Shown piece after piece: positions 33,394-39,826 of a DNA stretch of 43,180 bases (its first letter is position 1; every line of letters starts with the position of its first letter). A program made the translations under genes and the position numbers. Below the pieces are notes generated by a model. The model did not search any database, was not told the DNA's origin, and saw nothing but the letters and a program-made list of their open reading frames with translations. This stretch comes from a virus: the IMG/VR virus record IMGVR_UViG_3300045591_000031; one strand, given 5' to 3'.

Positions 33394-33549
33394 CTACCAG
33401 GCCATCAATCCGGTGGCCCAGCCATAGACAAATGCCACGGAAAACCCGCCGAATACCAATGCCGCAAAAATCACGTAGGCGGCATCCTTTATTTTTTCGA
33501 TCCGCTCCGGCCGGATCCGGTAGCGCTTTCCACGGAACCTAAACGTCAT
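33394..33549 (-). CDS. Small membrane protein (51 aa)
   Basis: Internal ATG of the 105-aa ORF. The sequence MTFRFRGKRYRIRPERIEKIKDAAYVIFAALVFGGFSVAFVYGWATGLMAW has one clear TM helix. The upstream part of the ORF overlaps the better 86-aa gene. Confidence 0.4.
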   Translation of the reverse strand: MTFRFRGKRYRIRPERIEKIKDAAYVIFAALVFGGFSVAFVYGWATGLMAW

Positions 33550-33799
33550 GTTCACGCCTTCTTTCTGGTAGATCCTCCAAATCTCTGATCCGGAAGGCCT
33601 TATCAATAATGGCTGAAATGCTGTACCCGTAGTCTGCAATGTCCGATCTTTCGGCTTGAAAATTATGCGGGTATCCAAGCTCCAGCAGCTCGTTGAGCAG
33701 AGCCCAGGCATATACTGACTGCATGAGCGTTGGACGCTGCTTCGCTTTTTTCAGCGGTTTTTTGTACCGGTCCTTAATTCTGTCGTATCTGATTTCCAT
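33539..33799 (-). CDS. Hypothetical early protein (86 aa)
   Basis: ORF in the early operon. No motif recognised. Confidence 0.4.
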   Translation of the reverse strand: MEIRYDRIKDRYKKPLKKAKQRPTLMQSVYAWALLNELLELGYPHNFQAERSDIADYGYSISAIIDKAFRIRDLEDLPERRREHDV

Positions 33800-33803
33800 G
33801 TCC

Positions 33804-34013
33804 TCACCTCTCTACCTCCTGCATAATTCGTCCCGCGACCTCTGGCAGGTAGTATCTCTTGCCCACTCGGGACACGCCGTGCACAAGCTCTCTGATCCTG
33901 TGCGGGTCCTTAAAGCCCAGCACCTGCGCCAGTTCTTTTTGGCTGATAAACTCCGCGCCTCCGGAGGCTTTCCGGAGTGCAGCGATTAAATCCTGCTTAA
34001 GCATGGCTATCAC
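33804..34013 (-). CDS. Small HTH DNA-binding protein (possible excisionase/regulator), 69 aa
   Basis: FISQKELAQVLGFKDPHRIRELV looks like an HTH. It is the second gene of the early operon, after cro. Confidence 0.4.
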   Translation of the reverse strand: MIAMLKQDLIAALRKASGGAEFISQKELAQVLGFKDPHRIRELVHGVSRVGKRYYLPEVAGRIMQEVER

Positions 34014-34049
34014 GCTCCTTTTCCTTTGCGCTCTCCATTCTTGTTGCGT

Positions 34050-34265
34050 TTACGCATCACCGTCCACAAAAAAAATTTGTTTTGGTGAGTCAATCTCCAA
34101 AAACTCGCACGTTTTTTGTATCTCTGCGCGAGTCCACTCGCTTCTGCCGTGGACCTTTCGCGTCAAAGTGGACGGATCGATACCTATGTAATCCGCCAGT
34201 TCCCCCAGGGTCTTACCTTTCAAGGCAAGAGAAGCGAGCAATCTTTTCTTGCTGAACATCTTCAT
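34050..34265 (-). CDS. Cro-like HTH regulator (71 aa)
   Basis: GKTLGELADYIGIDPSTLTRKVHG is an HTH. Transcribed divergently from the cI-like gene. Confidence 0.65.
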   Translation of the reverse strand: MKMFSKKRLLASLALKGKTLGELADYIGIDPSTLTRKVHGRSEWTRAEIQKTCEFLEIDSPKQIFFVDGDA

Positions 34266-34451
34266 CCCTCCTTTCTTATATCTTGTTGCGTTTTGTTGCT
34301 TTCAACAGTTCATACTGTAGCATATACGCAACAAATAAGCAAGCATATTTGCAAAATATTTTTGTGCAAATTCCGATTTGTATTGTATTTTCGCCAAAAT
34401 TAGGTAAAATGTAGCCATAAGAAAATTGCGCAATATAATGGGAGAAACGAG
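34266..34451. promoter_or_regulatory. Divergent immunity (cI/cro) control region with TTGTTGCGT operator-like repeats
   Basis: TTGTTGCGT at 34283-34291 is followed by a partial copy (ttgttgc) at 34293-34299. An inverted copy ACGCAACAA lies at 34326-34334. A further copy at 34041-34049 sits at the cro 3' end and overlaps the palindrome TGCGTttACGCA (34045-34056). The region is AT-rich with -10-like hexamers on both strands. Confidence 0.55.
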
Positions 34452-34838
34452 ATGAAAACGAACGAATTGATAAAGGCTCGCAGGCAAGAATTAGGTCTTA
34501 CCATTAGAGAAGTAGCTGACAGAGTAGGCGTTGGTCCTAGCACTGTATCACGTTGGGAGTCTGGAAATATCGCAAATATGAGACGCGACAAAATATCCAA
34601 GTTAGCTAAAGTTCTTGATCTCGATCCGGATGTATTGACCGGATACGGGCATGCTTCTGATGCAGAAACGCAAAACGGATACTATAACGACAAAGATGTT
34701 GCCAGAATGGCAAACGAGCTAAAAGAACGCCCGGATCTGCGCGTTTTATTAGACGCATCAAGGGATTTAAGTAAAGATGATATGTTTGAATTGATAGATA
34801 TAATTAATAAAATAAAGGATGGCACATGGAAGGAATAG
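34452..34838 (+). CDS. CI-like repressor, XRE-family HTH (128 aa)
   Basis: LIKARRQELGLTIREVADRVGVGPSTVSRWESG is a canonical XRE HTH. First gene of the lysogeny operon. Confidence 0.85.
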   Translation: MKTNELIKARRQELGLTIREVADRVGVGPSTVSRWESGNIANMRRDKISKLAKVLDLDPDVLTGYGHASDAETQNGYYNDKDVARMANELKERPDLRVLLDASRDLSKDDMFELIDIINKIKDGTWKE

Positions 34839-35059
34839 AAGTAAGATTGATAGACTTGCCTACAAGCATTAGGGGCTTCACAGCATATTCAGAGGATGCG
34901 GAAGGAGAACCCATATTTACCATCGTTTTAAATGCCCGTATGGATAGGGCAACTCAGCTTCGCGCATACGAGCATGAGCTCATTCATATAAAGCGAATGG
35001 ATTTCAGTCGTATGATTCCCGCGGATCGCATAGAAGCTGTAAGGCACGCAGCTTTATAA
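34826..35059 (+). CDS. Minimal ImmA/IrrE-like zinc metallopeptidase (77 aa)
   Basis: HExxH motif in YEHELIHIKR. Overlaps and follows the repressor gene, the usual ImmR-ImmA arrangement. Confidence 0.55.
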   Translation: MEGIEVRLIDLPTSIRGFTAYSEDAEGEPIFTIVLNARMDRATQLRAYEHELIHIKRMDFSRMIPADRIEAVRHAAL

Positions 35060-35096
35060 ACAATATTACGTTTTTATCATGAAGGGAGAGCTTATC

Positions 35097-35789
35097 ATGA
35101 ACAACACTCAAATTAATCAGAATCAGTCTACACCATTGGATCAGAATAATCCGCCTAATCAATCGACCAAGAAAAATAAAGGCTGTGGAATTGGCTGCCT
35201 GTCCGTAATTATAGTCATCGCGGTAATAGTTGTGGCTGTCAATATCCTCGGTTCCGGTGGTAACTCAAAGGAGGACAAAATTGACAGCATCAAGGACGCT
35301 TTTAGCTGTAACAAAAAACTCGCTACCAGCATCTATAACGCTTCAGAGAAATGCGGCATGCACGCTGAGAAGCTGACCAGCGATGACGTTGAAAAGTCAG
35401 GTAAGTATCACTACATTGTTTCTGTATCCGATTATACAAATGTCATGCTTACCTATGGTAAAAATAAAGTCGATTCGATCATGACGGACGGAGGCGTCTA
35501 TGTTTATACGCCGAAGAAGCAAAAACAGCTCAAGAATTACATGGTGGACTCTGACAGCTACGTGGAAGTCGAGACAGCTGCACAGGAAGCTGTGAAGGAT
35601 CAACTTAAAGCTCCGGATACTGCCAAGTTTAAAGACCTGAAAGTCCAGAGATCCGGAAATACCTTTACTTTCACTGGTACCTTCTCGGCACAGAATTCTT
35701 TCGGAGCTCAGCTGACAGAGGCGTACTTCGGAAAAGCGAAGAAGGATGGAGATAACTACACAGTCACAGAGTGCACACTGGGCGAATAA
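35097..35789 (+). CDS. Membrane-anchored extracytoplasmic protein of the lysogeny module (possible superinfection exclusion)
   Basis: Start placed at the ATG at 35097, preceded by GAAGGGAGAG. One TM helix (CLSVIIVIAVIVVAVNILG) followed by a soluble domain of about 170 aa. AT-rich gene between the repressor and int. Confidence 0.5.
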   Translation: MNNTQINQNQSTPLDQNNPPNQSTKKNKGCGIGCLSVIIVIAVIVVAVNILGSGGNSKEDKIDSIKDAFSCNKKLATSIYNASEKCGMHAEKLTSDDVEKSGKYHYIVSVSDYTNVMLTYGKNKVDSIMTDGGVYVYTPKKQKQLKNYMVDSDSYVEVETAAQEAVKDQLKAPDTAKFKDLKVQRSGNTFTFTGTFSAQNSFGAQLTEAYFGKAKKDGDNYTVTECTLGE

Positions 35790-35831
35790 GTTAAATTTCA
35801 TTGCTTTAAAGTGAAATCTTTGCGACTAAGT

Positions 35832-35888
35832 TTAAAACTAACTTAAAACTAAACTTAAATTTGAACCACGTTGAACCATTTTGAACCA
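35832..35888 (+). repeat. Two sets of phased direct repeats upstream of int: TTAAAACTA x2 (11-bp period) and TTGAACCA x3 (exact 10-bp period)
   Basis: TTAAAACTA at 35832 and 35843. TTGAACCA at 35861, 35871 and 35881. Confidence 0.8.
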
Positions 35889-35941
35889 AACAAGCCCCAT
35901 GATCGTACACGTTAGGACACGCTATGAGAGGAGGTAAGCTT

Positions 35942-37024
35942 ATGCCGTCGAAGAAAAAGAGATACACCTTTACCTTTAATGGTAAACGCTATAGTGTTTT
36001 CGCCGCTTCGGCCAAAGAGGCAGGTCTGAGGATAGCAGAGAGGCAGAAGGAGCTGGAGACAGAGAGTAAGAGCAGGTCCGGATCGCAACTGGTAAAGGAC
36101 TGGGCACTGGAGTGCATAGACACCTATAAGACCAATCTGCGGCCTAAAGTAAGGCGTGACTATGTGGATCTCGTGCGTCACTGCATCCTGGAGCCGATCG
36201 GGGATCTGCAGCTTAAAGCGGTGCAGCCGATCGACTGCCAGCAGTGCCTTAACCGCCTCTCTGGGATGTCCAACAGCTACATCAATGCCGTCTTCCAGGC
36301 GCTCCATTTTATCTTTAAATACGCGGTGATCAACGGACGCATCAGCACGGACCCCACAGAGGGCCTGATCAAGCCTACAGGCACCCGTAAAAAGCGCCGG
36401 GCACTTACTCCCGAGGAACGGGAAAAAGTCCTTGCCACGGCTCCCCAGCGACGCACGTGGTGGGTCTACCTCTTGATGATGCTCTGCGGCTGCCGTCCGG
36501 GAGAGGCGGCGGAGTGCAAGGGCTCTGACCTGGAGACCGTCATGTCTATGTCCGGTGATCCGGTCCATATCCTGCACATCCGAGGGACCAAAACTAAGGC
36601 CGCTGACCGCAGAGTGCCTGTGCCGGATGAGCTGTATGACCTGATCAGGGGTGTGCCGGCAGAGGAGTATATCTCTGTCACACGTAGTAACAGCAAACAC
36701 GGCCAGAACTGGTCCAGACATTTCCGAGCCTTTTGCAGGCATGCTAAGATCACAGCTGATGATCTCTCGGCTTACAATCTCCGCCATGAATATGGTACGG
36801 AGTGCGCAAGACGTGGTCTGGATGTGCGTGTTACGATGCGGCTCATGGGGCACTCCAGCATCAAGATGACAGCGGAGGTTTATACCAACCTGGAAGACTC
36901 CGACGTACTGACCTCAGTGTCCACGCTCCGTCATGCCAGATCTGGTGTGCACCCTGATAACTCATCAGATCAGGACGTGCACCCGCCTGTGCACCCGAAG
37001 GCCAGAGAGGTTGGAAACGCTTGA
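35942..37024 (+). CDS. int: Tyrosine integrase (phage integrase family)
   Basis: C-terminal catalytic region YNLRHEYGTECARRG...RLMGHSSIKMTAEVYTNL. Start at the ATG at 35942, preceded by GAGAGGAGGT. The ORF track starts at 35924. Confidence 0.9.
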   Translation: MPSKKKRYTFTFNGKRYSVFAASAKEAGLRIAERQKELETESKSRSGSQLVKDWALECIDTYKTNLRPKVRRDYVDLVRHCILEPIGDLQLKAVQPIDCQQCLNRLSGMSNSYINAVFQALHFIFKYAVINGRISTDPTEGLIKPTGTRKKRRALTPEEREKVLATAPQRRTWWVYLLMMLCGCRPGEAAECKGSDLETVMSMSGDPVHILHIRGTKTKAADRRVPVPDELYDLIRGVPAEEYISVTRSNSKHGQNWSRHFRAFCRHAKITADDLSAYNLRHEYGTECARRGLDVRVTMRLMGHSSIKMTAEVYTNLEDSDVLTSVSTLRHARSGVHPDNSSDQDVHPPVHPKAREVGNA

Positions 37025-37035
37025 TTTCATCCTAT

Positions 37036-37077
37036 GTGACAACCAGAAGGTCACAAGTTCAAGTCTTGTATGGGCCA
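37036..37077 (+). other. tRNA 3'-end-like segment, the probable attP core
   Basis: ACAAG-TTCAAGT-CTTGT (T-arm, 37053-37069) is followed by ATGGGCC-A (acceptor 3' strand plus discriminator, 37070-77). No matching 5' half is present, so this is a fragment, as expected for integration into a tRNA gene. Confidence 0.65.
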
Positions 37078-37085
37078 CTTCGAAT

Positions 37086-37135
37086 GTGAGCCTGTATGCG
37101 TTGAAATTTCAATGCGTACAGGCTCACTCTTTTTA
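37086..37135 (+). terminator. Rho-independent terminator after int/attP core
   Basis: A 21-bp stem, gtgagcctgtatgcgttgaaa / tttcaatgcgtacaggctcac, with two non-complementary positions (t opposite g, i.e. G-U in RNA), followed by tcttttta. Confidence 0.7.
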
Positions 37136-37287
37136 TATTCTTCTGTTAGATGGCTTTAACAAAAAGGAGAAAATCGGGGCAAAAAGGGGTCTGATGTGTG
37201 CACCCACCTGTGCACCCGAATCCAGCAAAAACACAGGACGTCGCTCAGACAAATGAAAATAATATAAATAAATTATTCTATTTTATA

Positions 37288-37315
37288 TTGACTTTATTCA
37301 AACTCATGCTATAAT
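37288..37315 (+). promoter_or_regulatory. Near-consensus sigma70 promoter of the moron cassette (TTGACT, 16 nt, TGc-TATAAT)
   Basis: ttgact at 37288-93 and tataat at 37310-15, with TG at 37307-08. Confidence 0.65.
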
Positions 37316-37360
37316 AGAGATACAAGGTAAGGTAAGGGAAGGGAAAATAAGGAGAACACC

Positions 37361-37741
37361 ATGAAACTTACAAAAGATAACATTGTGAAGGTCATGAACG
37401 ATAATAATGGATACGAATTCTTCGGGCTTAGACATGATTCTCATGTTTATGAAATCGGTGAAGAAGTTAACCGGAGCCATCAGTGGTATCAGGACGATCC
37501 TTCCGAATGGGGAGAAGATCTTCCGTACAATGAAGAGCTGGGCCTCTGGGACGGCGGAGAGCTTGACGGAACATGTGCGGTAGAAGTGACGGAAGGCGGA
37601 GTAGAAAAAGCGATGAAGGCGGCTAACGGATACGACGGTGGCCATATCTATCTGATCGCAAGTTGTGATGCATGGGGCGGAAACGACTACATGGAAGTCA
37701 TCATGTCGGACGCAGTTGTTGTTGCAGCATTTGAAGCGTAG
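37361..37741 (+). CDS. Strongly acidic hypothetical protein (126 aa), moron gene 1
   Basis: Good SD (AAGGAGaacaccATG). By my count, 26 Asp+Glu against 7 Lys+Arg. No family recognised. Confidence 0.6.
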   Translation: MKLTKDNIVKVMNDNNGYEFFGLRHDSHVYEIGEEVNRSHQWYQDDPSEWGEDLPYNEELGLWDGGELDGTCAVEVTEGGVEKAMKAANGYDGGHIYLIASCDAWGGNDYMEVIMSDAVVVAAFEA

Positions 37742-37756
37742 AAAGGAAGGACAATT

Positions 37757-38188
37757 ATGAAGAAGGTTATTAACGGCAAGCTCTACAACAGTGAAACGGC
37801 GAAGCTGCTGGGTGAGGATAGCTACAGCCACCCTGGGGATCTCGCCTACTGGAGCGAGGAGCTCTACCAGAAGCGCACAGGAGAGTATTTCCTTTACGGC
37901 GAGGGCGGGCCGATGAGCCGCTACGCACAGACCACCGGCCAGAATGAGTGGTCCGGAGGCGAGCAGATCCAGCCGCTGACAGTAGAAAACGCTCGCCAGT
38001 GGGCGGAGCAGCATCTGTCCGCAGATGAGTATGGGTCAATTTTCGGCGAGATCGCTGAAGACGACAGCAAGAAGAACGTGACTTTTAGCATTGCTCAGGA
38101 TGCCATTGAACTGCTGGCCCGCATGGCAGCGGAGACCGGAAAAACCAGATCGGAGCTGGTCGAGGAGATGATCAGAAACTGCAAATAA
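37757..38188 (+). CDS. Hypothetical protein with C-terminal ribbon-helix-helix-like domain (143 aa), moron gene 2
   Basis: SD GAAAGGAAGG. The C-terminus KKNVTFSIAQDAIELLARMAAETGKTRSELVEEMIRN fits a CopG/Arc beta-alpha-alpha pattern. Confidence 0.6.
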   Translation: MKKVINGKLYNSETAKLLGEDSYSHPGDLAYWSEELYQKRTGEYFLYGEGGPMSRYAQTTGQNEWSGGEQIQPLTVENARQWAEQHLSADEYGSIFGEIAEDDSKKNVTFSIAQDAIELLARMAAETGKTRSELVEEMIRNCK

Positions 38189-38192
38189 AAAA

Positions 38193-38217
38193 GAGCCGGA
38201 GCGAATCGCCCCGGCTC
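38193..38217. terminator. Bidirectional terminator between the moron cassette and the endolysin gene
   Basis: gagccgg-a-gcga-a-tcgc-c-ccggctc hairpin, flanked by A6 upstream and a T-rich run downstream. The two genes converge on it. Confidence 0.7.
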
Positions 38218-38220
38218 GTA

Positions 38221-38751
38221 TTAATTTTTGAGATAATCAAGGATCCCCTTGGCCATCTGCACGCCGATGGTCTTAGCCTTTTTGTGCATCAGAGCATTAT
38301 CGGCCTTGATCGATCCAACCTCAAAAATGCACGCCGGACACAGCGTCGCGTTGAGCTCATACAGATCAGTGCGCTTGCACACACCCCTCGTTTTCGTGCC
38401 CCTGATCCGGAGCACCCTTCTGTTCATGGCTGCGGCCAATTTCCGGCCATCGGTGGACGTGTACAACGGGAGAGTGCCGGAGGGTGCCTTATCATAGTCG
38501 CAGTGGACCGATACGTAGAGCTCCGCCCTTGCCGAGTTGGCCCACGTGACATCTGCAACCATGTTGCGATTATTACCGTGATCGGCATCACTGAGCACCT
38601 TAACCCCGTGCTTACGCAGATAGGCAACGCATGCCTTTGTAATCGGCAGCATCATCTCCGCCTCAGTGTCTCCCTTATAGGTACAGCCACTATCCCACAC
38701 GCCATTAGTCATGGTGCCGTGGCCGCAGTTAATCGCTACCTTGTGTGCCAT
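38221..38751 (-). CDS. Endolysin: N-acetylmuramoyl-L-alanine amidase (Amidase_3-like), 176 aa
   Basis: VAINCGHG...AELYVSVHCD...TRGV pattern. Follows the holin gene with a 1-nt overlap. Confidence 0.8.
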   Translation of the reverse strand: MAHKVAINCGHGTMTNGVWDSGCTYKGDTEAEMMLPITKACVAYLRKHGVKVLSDADHGNNRNMVADVTWANSARAELYVSVHCDYDKAPSGTLPLYTSTDGRKLAAAMNRRVLRIRGTKTRGVCKRTDLYELNATLCPACIFEVGSIKADNALMHKKAKTIGVQMAKGILDYLKN

Positions 38752-39050
38752 TACTCCTCACCTCCCTTGCTCGTTGACTCAATGATGTCCTCGTCTGTCA
38801 CGCTCTCATCCTTGCGCTCGATGTCATCTCTTGAGGCATCCGCCTCTGCATATGCCGCAGCATCCAGCTCAGGCAGTCCGGCGATGCTGGTAAGCAGGCT
38901 CAAAATTGCCGCCAGCACAGATGCCGACAGCACCATCCGCCAGTCTACGGATTCGAGTGCCGCCGCCGTTCCGATTGTGGCTACTGCAGTCTGCGCCAGC
39001 GTTTTGATCGCCCTAATTCCTGCCGCTTCAATCCATCTCTTTTCTTTCAA
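38751..39050 (-). CDS. Holin (99 aa)
   Basis: IRAIKTLAQTAVATIG plus a second hydrophobic segment (VLSASVLAAILSLLTSIAG), and a charged C-terminal tail. Lies immediately upstream of the endolysin gene. Confidence 0.6.
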   Translation of the reverse strand: MKEKRWIEAAGIRAIKTLAQTAVATIGTAAALESVDWRMVLSASVLAAILSLLTSIAGLPELDAAAYAEADASRDDIERKDESVTDEDIIESTSKGGEE

Positions 39051-39064
39051 ATCCTATTCCCTCC

Positions 39065-39418
39065 CTAATTGCATCTAATTGATCGCCAGTACTCCGTGTC
39101 CCGGCGTTCCGCTTCCGTTTCGCTGATCAGCTCCAGATTTTTAACATCTTTCCAGATTTTCTCACCGGTGCCGTTTCCTCCCATGCTGAGGTACGGTACA
39201 GCAAAGCGCTCCAGGTTATCCAGCTCTGATTTTGTGATCCCTTTTCTCCTGAGATACTGCCCGCCGAGATACCATATTCTGTCGTGGGCGATGCCAAGGA
39301 TCAGCTTCTGCTCGTCGGACAGCTTTTTCCTGTGCCTTCCAATTTCAAATTTTAAGAGTTCCCACAGCCCCGACCCACCTAATACGGCGCACAGGAGCTG
39401 CCAAAAATTATCACTCAT
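39065..39418 (-). CDS. Membrane-anchored hypothetical protein of the lysis region (117 aa)
   Basis: N-terminal TM helix (FWQLLCAVLGGSGLWELL). Position upstream of the holin gene. Confidence 0.45.
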   Translation of the reverse strand: MSDNFWQLLCAVLGGSGLWELLKFEIGRHRKKLSDEQKLILGIAHDRIWYLGGQYLRRKGITKSELDNLERFAVPYLSMGGNGTGEKIWKDVKNLELISETEAERRDTEYWRSIRCN

Positions 39419-39429
39419 AAATCCCTTCT

Positions 39430-39460
39430 TTAAAATACAAGAGCGGGGCTTTTGTCCCGC
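39430..39460 (-). terminator. Rho-independent terminator after the DGR-target operon
   Basis: Minus strand reads gcgggac-aaaa-gccccgc (39460-39443) followed by tcttgtatttt. Confidence 0.55.
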
Positions 39461-39466
39461 AAGTTG

Positions 39467-39646
39467 TTAAGCTGTAGCTTCAGTGTCCTTTTTGACTGCG
39501 TAGCCGTCTGCTCCGATCTCATAGCCGTCTGCTGTCAGCACGGCATCAACGTCATCTTTAAAGGCTTTGGCGTATCTTGGAATTTTGAAAAATGCGTTGT
39601 AGTTGAGTCTCCGCGCTTCGACCTGCATGCAAATATAAAGTACCAT
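39467..39646 (-). CDS. Small hypothetical protein (59 aa; below the ORF-track cutoff)
   Basis: Hand translation: MVLYICMQVEARRLNYNAFFKIPRYAKAFKDDVDAVLTADGYEIGADGYAVKKDTEATA. Preceded by GGAAAGGAG. Confidence 0.4.
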   Translation of the reverse strand: MVLYICMQVEARRLNYNAFFKIPRYAKAFKDDVDAVLTADGYEIGADGYAVKKDTEATA

Positions 39647-39664
39647 AATGGCTCCTTTCCGGCG

Positions 39665-39826
39665 CTACTGCGCCTTAGCGTCTGTAGTAGTAGTGGATGT
39701 ATCGTCAACAGCGGAAGTGTCCGCTGAGGACATCAGAATGTAATTGATTGCGTCCTGCGTAGCCTGCAGCTGTTCCTGCAGGTCCTGGATCGCTGAGCTT
39801 TCTTTCGGTTTAAATTCCTGGCGCAT
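39665..39826 (-). CDS. Small hypothetical protein (53 aa; below the ORF-track cutoff)
   Basis: Hand translation: MRQEFKPKESSAIQDLQEQLQATQDAINYILMSSADTSAVDDTSTTTTDAKAQ. Its ATG overlaps the target stop (TAATG). Confidence 0.4.
   Translation of the reverse strand: MRQEFKPKESSAIQDLQEQLQATQDAINYILMSSADTSAVDDTSTTTTDAKAQ

Larger units (their letters stand above)
36947..37217 (+). repeat. Five direct copies of GTGCACCC flanking the attP core (candidate integrase arm-type sites)
   Basis: GTGCACCC at 36947, 36977 and 36989 lies left of the core, inside the int 3' end. Copies at 37198 and 37210 lie right of the core. The pairs read GTGCACCCgCCTGTGCACCCGAA and GTGCACCCaCCTGTGCACCCGAA. Confidence 0.6.

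Noticed and set aside
33394-33711. Full-length 105-aa ORF
   Set aside because: Its N-terminal half overlaps the better-looking 86-aa gene (33539-33799) in another frame. Only the C-terminal 51-aa TM segment, from the ATG at 33549, was kept.
37036-37077. A functional tRNA gene
   Set aside because: Only a T-arm and the acceptor 3' strand are present. The upstream sequence cannot pair with the acceptor or anticodon stems, so this is a 3' fragment serving as the attP core.
35912-38014. Long minus-strand ORFs (35912-36853, 313 aa; 37304-38014, 236 aa)
   Set aside because: They are antisense to the integrase and to the two moron genes. The plus-strand products have catalytic motifs or good SD sites, whereas the minus-strand translations are Leu/Arg/Cys-rich with no RBS.
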